The notes beneath the pieces are model-generated. The model was given only the letters and a program-made list of their open reading frames with translations. It was not told the origin of the DNA and did not search any database. A DNA stretch of 64,000 nt, taken from Octopus bimaculoides (lineage: Eukaryota). The stretch's first letter is position 1; every line of letters begins with the position of its first letter. Shown here in pieces: positions 11,897-24,198 of this stretch. The translations under genes were made by a program, and so were the position numbers. Location: positions 3,295,033 to 3,359,032 of the forward strand of contig NC_068983.1 of NCBI RefSeq assembly GCF_001194135.2, written 5' to 3'.

Positions 11897-12289
11897 GTCT
11901 GTCTTTGCAACCACCCATCCGCCTACCCACCCACCCGTCTATCTCTTACTGTGTGCAGCACTGACAGACACTCCGCATATGCCACTCCATCCTCGGTGTC
12001 CTAAATCAATCAATAATCACACCCCACACATGGTCCTCTATCAGGCCCTTTACTATGATTATCACAAGACGCTTACCGTTCATCCCCACCGTGGGTCGGT
12101 TCCCAGATGAAGCCGTGACGAAGAAATTCTTTGAAACGTAATAAAATTTTCCTCCCTCTTGTTACTTAGGCTCTGACCAACCATGATCCAGCTGGCCTGT
12201 GGTTGAATATTTTCTTTGCGACCAAGGACAATTTCTTGCGGGAATATTATGTAGCGCACACACATACACGCACGCGCGCACATAGGTGT

Positions 12290-12322
<33 letters not shown>

Positions 12323-12633
12323 CACGCGCACACACGTGCACACATCACATACGTACACATATGTCCACACGTCCACGCCCGTCCACACATAGGCAATCTC
12401 ACCTTCGGTTCCTTGAGTGGTATATTTAACTCGTCACTCGGTTTAACAGCACCACCTGCCACCATGGATACCTTCAGTGGAGTCCACTCTGCTGTAAACA
12501 TTCAGACCAAATTTGATGGCAGAAGTCTGATGATCAGTTTCATGAAACTCTGAGTAATAGTTTGTGAAGTCTTTGCAGCTACATTCTAGTCTAACTTTGA
12601 TATCCAAGTACTATTTTTTTTTTTATATATGTG

Positions 12634-12676
<43 letters not shown>

Positions 12677-13623
12677 ATATATATGTATGTATATATGTGT
12701 TATATAATCACATCCCACCCATAGTCCTCTGTCAGGCCCTTTACTATGATTTTCACATCTTTCCTCCACCATCGTTTATATAGTCCCTAAATGCTTTATC
12801 CCAAGTTGCGGTTCATTGGTAAGTTCCAATTTAGAACGAAATAAATTCAAATTTATCTGCATCTACTTGCGAAAAAAAGAAAAGAAATAAGAATGAATTA
12901 TATAGAAACATAATAAATAAGTATCTAAAAAAACTCTCTCAGCGATTCTCTTCCTTTGAGGGGAAATCCCACCCCAACCCCTTTATTTCTTGGAAAACAT
13001 TATTTCTCTCGACCTCTTAAACTAAAAACAACCACAGATGACAGCAGAAGCGGTCACTAGTCAAATTTCACACGGACATATATATATATATATATATATA
13101 TAATGTTTGTTTTTATTTTCAGCTATAATAAAAACAATTTTACATTAATCTGGAGGGTTACTCTATACTTTTGTAGCGATCAAATTTATTATCCTTAAAC
13201 AAGAATATTATTAACAGTGACAATCTCTCTCTCTCACTGTGTGTGTGTGTGTGTGTGCGCGCGCGCGCGTGTTGTTTGCTAGCTTAGTCTTGCGGACATG
13301 CTCGTTCAATCATAAGTTATCAACCAAACTTTTTTCTGAGTATTACGTTTATCACCTTACGGAATTACCCGAACTGTTCGTATTCTACATTTTAGGGAAA
13401 TATATAGATGCATGGGTGTGTGCATGTGTGTGTGTGTGTTTCTAATATAAAATATAAGAATGCGTGTATGCGTATGTTTATATGTGGGTTAATACGTGTG
13501 CGTGTGTGCGTGCGGCAACCAGCAAAACATTAAAATTTCTCTATTGAAATGTAACTGCCGAGTAATCTAAACCAATACGTTTCATATTTCAAACCGCTGT
13601 TGCTGTCGTGATCTCTCTCTCTT

Positions 13624-13684
<61 letters not shown>

Positions 13685-14024
13685 CCACCATCTCTACTGG
13701 ATACAGGTCACGTCTCCTTCTTCACGACATCTCATATTTTAGTCCACCCGATACGGCCATAGAATGCAGGCTACCTTTACTGAAATAGCACTGGTTCAAT
13801 ATTCCCACGGAGCATAAGAGTTCATTTTGATACACTCAATGCCCCGTTACACTATGAAGGACCTCGCCATGTGGAACTATTTGGGAAATTGGAGTGGAAT
13901 TAATTTCAAGGGTAAATTTAACCTTTGAATTCTTGCTGGGCTTGTTAGCTAATGTTTCGGGGTACAAATAATGAAATACAGAAACTCCCTGGGTCTATAT
14001 TTGCGAAGGATGTCGAAACCGGTT

Positions 14025-14255
14025 ATAGGAAATTTTTGCCGTAGGAAAATTCGCAGTAAGAAATTTCGTTTTAAATGATCACTTCGCGTTTTTGAATGGT
14101 AAACATTGAATAAAGACTTAACTATTTAATGCTTTTATAAAATTTTCTACCATTCTTTTTTTTTTTTTTTTCTTATTTTAAAAAATTCGCTTTATCATTG
14201 TCCATGTGGCTAATTGTCTCGTCGCCAAATTTCTCACGACGAATTTTCGCGACAC
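14025..14255. mobile_element. Degenerate MITE-like element with subterminal inverted repeats
   Basis: Left GCCGTAGGAAAATTCGCAGTAAGAAATTTCG resembles the reverse complement of right CCAAATTTCTCACGACGAATTTTCGCGACACGG; termini and TSD not resolved. Confidence 0.4.
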
Positions 14256-14604
14256 GGTTGGAATCTATGCAAAGATTATCAGAGGGTTTGTAATTCCTTT
14301 TTGAAGCGGTTACGTATAAAACCACTCTGAACTAGGAATATCTGGGGTGGGAGAAGCAAATAGTTATAAGGGTAGAATCAGGAGAGTGACAGACAGAATG
14401 TTGAGTTGTATTTATTAACTTTCCTTTAGATTCCAAGTTTAAATTCCACCGAGATGGGTTTGTCTTTGGGGATACTCGAATCGACAGAACAAACCCCGGG
14501 GAAAATAATTAGATTACTATAATAGACCGTGTACCCAATATACCCACCCAACTGGGGACACGTTTAGATTTATCCCTGTATTAGAAATCTTTTTGATTTC
14601 TTTT

Positions 14605-14815
14605 TGCTGTTGTTAATGATGATGTTGCTTAACTCCAAATGAACACACTTATAATCAAAGATATTCCAACCGCGACCATCTAGTCTTTTTAGCCGCTGTA
14701 CGTCATCCAGTGTATATTTCTTTTTTTTTTTTTTTTTTTTTTTTCTGAATGTTAGATTTGATTTTGAAGGAGGTTAGCTGCTATTACTAGTAAGCCAAAT
14801 GACGGCGTAGAAGCT
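14605..14815 (-). mobile_element. Interspersed repeat family G (SINE-like, (AAC)n tail)
   Basis: Reverse complement of the CTAGAAATAGCAGCCAAATCT...GGATGGTCACGGCTGGAAT...AAACAACAAC family, also seen at 22460-22910 and 57050-57290. Confidence 0.6.
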
Positions 14816-14865
14816 CCCCCGCTAGAGCCGAACATCTGTGAAGAGTTAATATACATAACAGTGAA

Positions 14866-15084
14866 GGGGGCGAGCTGGCAGAGTGGTTAGCACGCCGGGT
14901 GAAACGCTTAGCGGTATTTCCTCTGTCTTTTACGTTCTGAGTTCAAATTCCGCCGAGGTCGACTTTGCCTTTCATCCTTTCGGGGTCGATAAATTAAGTA
15001 CCAGTTGCGTACTGGGGTCGACCTAATCGACTAGTCCCCTCCCTAAAAATTTCGGGCCTTGTGCCTAGAGTAGAAAAAAAGAAT
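14866..15084 (+). mobile_element. Near-intact SINE family B
   Basis: GGCGAGCTGGCAGAGTGGTTAGCACGCCGGG head, GAGTTCAAATTCC B-box-like motif, GGGGTCGATAAATTAAGTACC module, A-rich end. Confidence 0.9.
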
Positions 15085-16530
15085 ATAGCTAGTTGTGTGC
15101 ACCAAAAGGCGGTTATTGAAACAATTTGAAACCACAATCTCCTTTTATATTGTCTTCAGTTATACAAACCAAAGGGGTCACTCGATCTTACTTTTTGTGG
15201 TCACTTTATGTGGTTACTCGATCTATCTTCACAAAGAGGCAGTACAAACTGTGTAAAACCTAGACCAGCTACCTTAATTTCTATAGAAATCAAGTATCAG
15301 TATTCGGGTAAGGTTTGAACCTGTTAAAATCCTATAACTTCATGTACACTACCTACAGGCGTCGATGATCGTGGTTTTTGATAGCAAATTTCAGAGATTC
15401 ATGATGATTATCATTACTATTACGTAAATATCTCTTCTCGGTTAAATGCTCTTCAGGATCATGGCAATCAGCATTCTGTACAGACATGTATCTCTCCTGA
15501 CCCCACCCCCAGTAGAAAGACAATAATTATTGCATGGTTGGCAGACATATATTCTCTCAGATGACGACGATAGTTTTACTGTTTTGGTGGGGAGGGGGTT
15601 GATAAATGTACCCTTTGAATGGCTAAAATCAAGTAAACTTTTTTAACCTTTGGAATATAAACTCAATTCTAAGTTGAATATAAGAAGGGATTACAGATAT
15701 GAGGTTTCATTTTCTTGGGTATCGCAGCAGTTTTACGTGTTTAGTGCGATTCTATTCAAAATTCTTGGAGGCATTGTGTCTGTGTGTGTGTGTGTGACTT
15801 GCCATTATTTTTCAACTTTCTATAAGAATATCAGCCTTTGTTTCCAGATCAGATTGAAGGCATTTTTTTTTTACTTTAATTTTGGTTTCTCGCTGGTCTT
15901 TTCCCAGAATTCAGTTCTCCCCCCAAAATAGATGCTTTGGGATGCCATAATCTTGTACGAACTAACTCTATGGCTTGCCTCAATCTGCTACGTCGCAAGA
16001 GAACTTTTGTACTTTATGCACAACCACCCACTTTCTAATAAACTCCACCCGAAAGCAGGTCTCATTTTCTGTTCATACACACACACACACACACACACAG
16101 CTACCCTTTCAGCTAGTATGAATGACCTCATCATCCTATGGCGGCATCTTATACTTCTTCTTTTCCCTATTTCCTCTCCCCCTCACTCTCTTACATTACA
16201 TAACCAGTAGTTACTCCCACCACCACCACTACCAAGTCTCTAAGTCATTTATCTTAATCAGTGTCTGGTCTAGTTTATTTTCAATTACCTCTCTATTTCA
16301 TCTGTGTCACCACTTTCTTTATGGGCTAGGCTTGTGAGTGTGACTATTACGCGAGGCACTGGCACACTGGCTGCAGTCATTCAAATTGTGCCACTGCACC
16401 CTGCCCATTAGTTAGTGCCTTGAAGATGCCCATAATATCAACTTAAAAGTATATTTGTAATATTGTTTTATAATTTTTTACGAAATACTTACATGATCTT
16501 TTTTATTCATATTTGTTCATTAAATACTTT

Positions 16531-16914
16531 TTCTTTTATTCTTTTACTTGTTTCAATCATTTGAGTGCGGCCATGCTGGAGCACTGCCTTTAGTCGAGTG
16601 ATTCGACTCCAGAACTTATTCTTTGTAAGACAAGTACTTATTCTATCGCCCCTTTTGCCAAACCGCTAAGTTATGGGGACGTAGAACACTAACATCGGCT
16701 GTCAAGCGATGGTGGGGAGACCAACACAGACATAGATGCATACTTACATACATACGACGGGCTTCTTTCAGTTTCCGTCTACCAAATCCACTCAAGACAA
16801 TGGTCAGCCCGAGGCTATAGTAGAAGACACTTGCCCAAGGTGCTACGGAGTGGACGGAACCTGGAGCTATGTGTTTGGGAAGCAAGCTTCTTACCACACG
16901 GCCGCGCCTGCGCC
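16531..16914 (-). mobile_element. Full-length SINE family A
   Basis: Complete tail-to-head match. Confidence 0.9.
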
Positions 16915-16928
16915 TGTGAGTAACAATG

Positions 16929-17345
16929 GGCGCAAGCGTGGCTGTGTGGTAACAAGCTTGCTTCCTAATCACATGGTTTCGGGTTCGGTCTGATTGCGTG
17001 TCGCCTTGGGCAAATGGCTTTTACTACAGCCTCGGGCTGATCAAAGCCTTGTGAGTGGATTTGTTAAACGGAACCTGAATGAAGAACGTCGTTTATAAAT
17101 ATAGAGGTGTGTGTGTGTGTGTGTTGTGTCTGTCTGTTTGTCCTCCCACTATTGCTCGACAACCGGTGTTGGTGTCTTTAAGCCCCCATAGTTTAGCGCT
17201 TCGGCAAAAGAGACCGATAGAATAAATATCAGGTTTAAAAGACATAAGTACTGGGGGTCGATTGATTCGACTAAAGATTCTTCAAAGGTGGTGCCCCAGC
17301 ATGGCCACAGTCTAATGACTGAAACAAGGAAAACGTAAAAGATAA
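16929..17345 (+). mobile_element. Full-length SINE family A
   Basis: Complete head-to-tail match; starts 14 bp from the head of the minus-strand copy. Confidence 0.9.
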
Positions 17346-17424
17346 AATTTAGTAAATAAATAAATATACTTGACACTGTTTGACAGCTGCAGCATGCGCC
17401 CTGGCATGCTGCGGTCAACGGTAC

Positions 17425-17825
17425 CGTAGGCTGTGGGGTAAGAAGCTTGCTTGTCAGCCACATGGTTCCGGGTTCAATCCTACTACGTCACACCTTGGAC
17501 AAGTGTCTTCTATAGCCTCAGGCCGACTAAAGCCGTGTGAGTGGATCGGGTTAGATGGAAATTGAAAGAAGCCTGTCTATATATGTGTGTGTGTGTGTGT
17601 TTGCCACCACCACCACCCTCATTACCACTTGACAACCGGTGTCGGTGTGTTTATGTCCCCGTAACTTAGCGGTTCGGCAAAAGAGACCGATAGAATAAGT
17701 ACTAGGTTTTTTAAAAAGAAAAATAAGACCTGGGGTCGGTTTGTTCGACTAAAAACCCCCCCATCAAGGCGGTGCTCCAGCATGGACGCCGTCATATGAC
17801 TGAAACAAGTACAAGAATAGAAGAG
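17425..17825 (+). mobile_element. Full-length SINE family A
   Basis: Head, (TG)n and tail ending GACTGAAACAAGTACAAGA. Confidence 0.9.
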
Positions 17826-18482
17826 TAGTTCTCTTCATGGCTGTGAAAGATAAAGAACATCGGTGGAGAGAGAGAGGAAAGCAAGACGTCTATTCTAGTT
17901 CACCATTCCAATTGTCCAACCCAAGTAATTACTAACACACAAAACTCTGAGACCTCATTAAAAGTTTTAAAACCTTTAACTATATATAAACCCTTTTCTG
18001 AAGCCGTTCGTGTCTGAGATGTGTCCTACTTTGCAGTTCTTTCGGCTGATATCTAGATTAATGTTTCAGCTCTTATGAATCATTCTTAATTAGACATTAA
18101 AACAAAAAAAACTATGAATTTACTGTTGCGTAGAACTTTCCTATGTTTTATTGTGTGTACTTTTAGTAGCGGTCTTAATATATCTTTTAGGAGTTTTATT
18201 GTCTTCATTAATTAATGAATTAAGTTTGTTTTGTTTTTTTGTCCTACGAAAGGCAGCAAATGTCACATATATTTTCATTTTATTTCCAAACAAATATAGA
18301 TGGCGGCACAAAAATTAAGGGGTATTTTATAATGATTTCCAGAATGTATAGTTAACTCGACTATATCGTGTACCTTTCCGGAAATATGATCAAGGATTTT
18401 TAGCGGTAGGAGTGGGACATAGGAGATCGGTAATACAGGATTATGAAGTGATCGGTTTCATTAATCTATTATCATTTAAAGA

Positions 18483-18605
18483 TGGCGATCTGGCAAAATC
18501 GTTAGCAGCCGGACAAAACGCTTAACGGCATTTCTTCCGGCTTTTTACGTTCTGAATTCAACCTTTGTCGAGGGTAGTTTTGCCCTTTATTCTGTTGTCG
18601 GTCTA
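18483..18605 (+). mobile_element. SINE family B head
   Basis: GGCGATCTGGCAAAATCGTTAGCAGCCGGACAAAACGCTTAACGGCATTTC. Confidence 0.7.
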
Positions 18606-19148
18606 TTTTTAATCTTTCATTGGATAAATAATCCAACATTTTGTATATTTTGTTATTATAGAGTAGAGGAGTAGCAGTAACCTGCACTACACATCACAGC
18701 ATAAGTCCACAAATGCTGCGAACATAAAATCATTTGTTGTTCTCCGTAAGCGAAATACACCAGCGATTAGCAGATTCGCATTCAAGTCTGTCGAAACGCA
18801 TTAATAATAAATATGTCGTCGTATATGAATTTTTACCAGTTTTCTTTCAGACATACGGCTTTTAGCTTCTTGTCGGTTGGTAACTGAGTCGAAGTTGGTA
18901 GACTATAAATACAAGCCTCACTTTGCCATTCTTCATGGTCACAGGAAATATATTTATACTTGCAGAGATTAATAATTAATTCCATGTGTTCTATTTCTTG
19001 TGTAACGTATTTCCTTGCTGCTTGACGAGATACGTTCAGGAACATCGAGCCAACACCATTTCAATGCTTGTTGCTGTTGAAACCAGCACTGTGGTACTTT
19101 CCTTCATTATCTCACGTGCGCGTATATGTGCGTGCATGTATATTCACA

Positions 19149-19187
<39 letters not shown>

Positions 19188-20617
19188 TAAACATCATAAC
19201 AATAATAATACTTGAGTTGTTTACACCCTCTGATATTTTGTATACATACGTCTGATATGTTACACAGCATGGTCTCCACCTACAGGATCGAACAAATACT
19301 ATACACGTAAATATTCCTTACATAATTTCTAAAAGCATCTGTCCCTAACACCCTATCTAAAACCTAGGAGGCGCGTGGCTTAGTGGTAGCAATGTTTTGA
19401 CATGCCGATGACCCCCACCCCTACCCTCGATGAAGAAAGAGGCAGCGAACGCGCTGTTTTCTGCTTGGCTGAAAATTATTAAATTTTGAACACCTGTAAC
19501 ATTTTTGCAAAATTTTTCTGCAATAAATGAAGAACAAATTTGGATTCAGCGTCAAAAATTACATCTATATGATACATTAAAAAACTGTTTTTTTAAAGAG
19601 AATTGTATACAGTGACGAAAATGAGAAAGATCCTTTCTCCGAAATAAAATCCTGCAGCGAATGCCTTTCACGTTTTAATGTTGCGGGAGCATCTATACTA
19701 TAGTAAATTTTAATAAATGTAGACATCTGAAGTGTGTGTGTGAGAAAGAAATCGAGAGATACAAAGAGAGAGAGAGAGAGATTAGTGTGTATGTGTTTTG
19801 TGTTTGCTGGTGTGAATGAATAGCTGCGGAGATATTGAAGGAGAACAGACAATGCTTTCTGTTGAACGAATAAGTGACAAAGCCGTCTGATACAAGAAGA
19901 CCTTCGTTCATTCTAAATAACTGGAGTGAAGAAAGTGTTCTAAACATAACCGAGGCACTTTAATTGCGCTGACCTCTACATAGCTGCCCCTGACACGATG
20001 ATATCTAGTCGACAATTACTTGTGTTTGTTTAGAGGTCAATTTAAAGTTCACTCGGTCAACGATGTCCTTCTACAGCAGAAACCATTGCTTTTTACCTAG
20101 AGCTTCTGACGGCAATTTATGTCACCTCGATAGACGCCCGTTTAAACAAGCACGCATGCGCAACACACTGGCAAATATTGACAGATAAAAACCGCTATCC
20201 CCCCCATCTCTCTCTCTCTCTTTCTTTCTCCCTTTCTCTTCTTATACATAGACTTTGTTTCGCCTTCAAATACACATTCTTAAAATCGTTGACATACACA
20301 CGCACAATCTCATAGATAATGTGTTTCACACTCTTCCATTATCTTATCGAGACGCTGACACACTGACAAACAGTTACACACACAGCAGACGTGTATGGAG
20401 TCCCATATCGTTGCTGTATAATCGAAACAACACATCCCAGTTTGTCATTAGACTGCGGCCATGCGAAGGGAATTTTAGTTGAATGAATCGACCCCAGTAT
20501 CTATATTTTTCGCAAACACGCCAGCCCCGACTGTCAAGCGGTGTGGGAAGGGGACAGACAGACAGACAGACAGACAGACACAGACACACACACACACACA
20601 CACGCATACACATATAT

Positions 20618-20846
20618 CAGGGGTATTCTTAAACTGGGCCGGACATGCGTGGCTGCGATCTCACTTTAGGTTGCCGAGTCTTCTCACTCACAACATATCT
20701 TCAAAGGTCTCCTGTGATTGCCTCTGTGAGGTTCAGGCAATGATAGGAAACCGAGACCTTTGGAGATTATGCTGTGATTGAGAAGACCCGGCAACTAAAG
20801 TGAGATTGCAGCCACGCATGTCCGGCCCAGTTTAAGAATACCCCTG
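20618..20846. mobile_element. 229-bp palindromic MITE
   Basis: CAGGGGTATTCTTAAACTGGGCCGGACATGCGTGGCTGC...ATTGCCT (to 20723), an 11-nt loop, then the reverse-complement arm AGGCAAT...GTTTAAGAATACCCCTG. Confidence 0.9.
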
Positions 20847-20879
20847 ATGCGTCGTGTGATATATGTTTGAGAAGACCTG

Positions 20880-21156
20880 CTGAGTTAAGTGAAACAAATA
20901 TCGTAGCTATGGCCGGAGGCACGTAAAAAGCACTATCCGACCGTGATCGATGCCAGTAGCCGCTGTCTGGCTCTTGTGCTGGTGGCACGTAAAAAGCACC
21001 CACTACACTCTTGGAGTGGTTGGCATTAGGAAGGGCATCCAGCTGCAGAAACACAGCCAGATCAGACTGGAGCCTGGTGCAGCCATCTGGCTTGCCAGAC
21101 CTGTCAAACCGTCCAACCCATGCCAGCATGGAAAATGGACGTTAAACGATGATGAT
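20880..21156 (+). mobile_element. Interspersed repeat family E (retroposon 3' portion ending in (GAT)n)
   Basis: GGCACGTAAAAAGCAC twice (20918-20933, 20984-20999), TTAGGAAGGGCATCCAGC, and CATGGAAAATGGACGTTAAACGATGATGAT end; a second tail tip at 58047-58100. Confidence 0.7.
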
Positions 21157-22145
21157 ATACGCCAGGATTCTTTCATTTTCCTTTTATCAAATCCACTCAC
21201 AAGGCATTGGTTGGCCCAAGACTATAGTAGATGACACTTGCCCAAGGTGCTACGCAGTGGGACTGAACCTGGAGCCATCTGGTTGAGAAGTAAGCTTCTT
21301 ACTACAGAGCCTCGCCTGTGTGGTAAGAAGCATATAATGTACTCTGGCATATGTGTGTATATATAAGACTTTTCAGATTAGTACCAGTAATTATATACAT
21401 ACGGAAAACATGTATTTGAAGATAAATATGTTTTAGAAATTTTGTAGGAGTTTGCAAAATTAACCCTTTTCTTTTTATGTGACAGAATAACAGTGGACTT
21501 CTATTGTAACAGGGGGCAGTGTTTTAGTGGATTAGTAAACAGGGGTATGTTGTAACAGAATCTAATAGTAACAGGAGTGGGTTCTTCCGCCCTACTAGGC
21601 AGTTTTTATTTACTCTTTTCGTCCATTATTCCAGAGTGGTGTTGCTAGTCTAATCTCCAACGGTCCGACCACGAAAATAATCGCGCGCGCGCACACATCT
21701 GTCGACCTAAGTATCTATCTATTTATGCAGCCATCAATCAACCAGTGTTTAGATATACCCAATAGATATGCCGTCTGCCATAAACTACTGTATCTACCAC
21801 TGCTTGACATCGGGAAAATTAAAACATATTAAGATCTTTCAAGTACGCCTCTGTGTGATCATTTGATATGCTAGAAATAACAGCCAAGATTGACACATTT
21901 AATAATGTCGCGAGAAGCGATAGTTGTAACAGTGGACTATTGTATATAGCAAAGTCTGAAATAGAAAATAAATATACAGTCTGGTCACGCTGTTGATCAC
22001 AGTTCTGCTACGGTGACGCCTGGTGCTAAAAACAACTCTGTATGGTCGAACTGTAAAATATATACAAATAAATGGCTGGTTTATGTTCTGAAACCATTGA
22101 GTTAATGGCTTTGGGATTCATAATACTTACCCGACCAACTCGTCC

Positions 22146-22183
<38 letters not shown>

Positions 22184-22459
22184 GTTCTTAAAATACTTTC
22201 AGGCTCTCTCTCTCCTTCTCCGGAAATACATCCCGCTCTTTAATTTCCCTTCCGGTTCACGTGTCCCCTGCCAGACACAATTCAACCAAACAACAACAAC
22301 AACATCCAGTTATATCATGGTTTTTTTTCAGTTCAAGAAAGACATAGAAATGTTTCCTGTATTTCTTCAATTCTTTAATTAACCAAAACAACAAAATATT
22401 CTTGGCCCAGTCAGACGAACCAACTATGAGAAGGCGTGGGCGGCTTTTACTTGGCAACT

Positions 22460-22910
22460 CAACTTGTTAGAAATAGCAGCCAAATCTTTAAATCACCCTG
22501 TTTTTTATTTTTTGTTTTGTTATTTTTTCTTTAGTGCAAAGTGTTTAGGTTGAAAGCAGAGGAAAGGGATGCTAGCACGTCGTAGTGTTGACCTCCAAAT
22601 ACCACTGGTACTAATTTTTGACTGTGTGTACTGGAGCAACGTAAAAGGAAGCACATTGCGAAGAATACAACACGTTTCCCCCTCTGAGAATCGAAACTAC
22701 GACCTAATGATCGTGAGTCTATCACCCTAACCACTGAGCCACGCGTCTTCGCTTTCAAATCATTCTACCATCTTAAAAAGAAAAAGAAAGCACTAAATAA
22801 TTTAGACCTGAAGACGTTATACATTAATAACAGATGGGATGGTCACGGCTGGAATACTTTTGATTATAGGTCTGTTCGATGAACGCTGATCCGGTTAAAC
22901 AACAACAAAA
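22460..22910 (+). mobile_element. Family G repeat interrupted by a family C SINE
   Basis: G start TAGAAATAGCAGCCAAATC at about 22467; G resumes at about 22750 and ends AAACAACAACAAAAA. Confidence 0.6.
22545..22750 (-). mobile_element. SINE family C
   Basis: GAGAATCGAAACTACGACC...CCCTAACCACTGAGCCACGCGTCTTC is the reverse-complemented C head. Confidence 0.75.
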
Positions 22911-23009
22911 AACTTGAGCCAGAACTCAGCTGATTTTGTTTAGGGAAGTTACTTCCCTTATTTATTTGTGTTTATTTATATATTTTTTAATTTGTTACTT
23001 ACAGGAGTA

Positions 23010-23178
23010 AGGCGGCGAATCGTGGTAGAATCGTGTCGGATAAAACGCTTAGTGGCATTTTTCCGGCTCTTTGTATTCTGAGGTCAACTTACTCTTTCAT
23101 CCATTTTGGATCGTTAAAATAAAGTATCAGTTAAATGATAGGCTCGTTCTCTCCCGCTAAAATTACTGGCCTTGAACC
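23010..23178 (+). mobile_element. Degenerate SINE family B
   Basis: AAGGCGGCGAA...AAAACGCTTAGTGGCATTT...AAATTACTGGCCTTG. Confidence 0.65.
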
Positions 23179-24149
23179 CGGCACCCTGCAACAGACCAGC
23201 GGTGGAAACAAGGCCGTACTAATCCTAGGTCAGACGGTTGGGGGAGGCATGCGCCGTTACAGCGCGTTGTTGATTCACCATTTGTCGGTATATCAAGCAA
23301 TCCCAGTCAATCCGCCCCCTCTTCGCGAAATACCTCCTCATCTATCGTGACTGTGTGGCATGTGGTCGACCAGCACCAACCGTCAATCCAGCCAGGCCCT
23401 CAGTGAAGAGAACATGGTAAGCAGGGTCTATCTAACTCGGAAAATCATACAACATGGCCAAACAGTCTGCGTTGGTGATCCAGAATCACGAGTAACAGGA
23501 CGCATCCCAGTTACGGAAAAGAGTGGTTGGATGCGAAATCCGACCAATGGTAACCCATAATCTGGCGAAGCGTCCTGGCGAAGATTTCTTTCCAGCCTCC
23601 CGCAACCTCCGTGCGACCCTCCTATATATCTACACACTCACCAAATCCAGAGTAGATTATTAGGGGAAAGTTAATAATAAGTGGAGGGGGGAATTTTGGT
23701 GCTAAAAAGTAAAAGGTTGACGAGANNNNNNNNNNNNNNNNNNNNNNNNNNNNNNNNNNNNNNNNNNNNNNNNNNNNNNNNNNNNNNNNNNNNNNNNNNN
23801 NNNNNNNNNNNNNNNNNNNNNNNNNNNNNNNNNNNNNNNNNNNNNNNNNNNNNNNNNNNNNNNNNNNNNNNNNNNNNNNNNNNNNNNNNNNNNNNNNNNN
23901 NNNNNNNNNNNNNNNNNNNNNNNNNNNNNNNNNNNNNNNNNNNNNNNNNNNNNNNNNNNNNNNNNNNNNNNNNNNNNNNNNNNNNNNNNNNNNNNNNNNN
24001 NNNNNNNNNNNNNNNNNNNNNNNNNNNNNNNNNNNNNNNNNNNNNNNNNNNNNNNNNNNNNNNNNNNNNNNNNNNNNNNNNNNNNNNNNNNNNNNNNNNN
24101 NNNNNNNNNNNNNNNNNNNNNNNNNNNNNNNNNNNNNNNNNNNNNNNNN

Positions 24150-24198
<49 letters not shown>

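Larger units (their letters stand above)
20435..21320 (-). mobile_element. SINE family A split by two insertions
   Basis: Tail and microsatellite at 20435-20617, head at about 21157-21320; a MITE and a family E element lie between them. Confidence 0.7.

Noticed and set aside
12524-12555. Hammerhead ribozyme-like CTGATGA...GAAA
   Set aside because: The intervening bases cannot form stem II and no stems I/III are evident; GTTTCATGAAAC is just a 12-bp palindrome
18295-19610. Possible Tc1-like terminal fragments (GGCACAAAAATTAAGGGG at about 18305; AAATTTGGATTCAGC...AATTGTATA at 19535-19610)
   Set aside because: No matching partner TIR or transposase remnant could be established by eye
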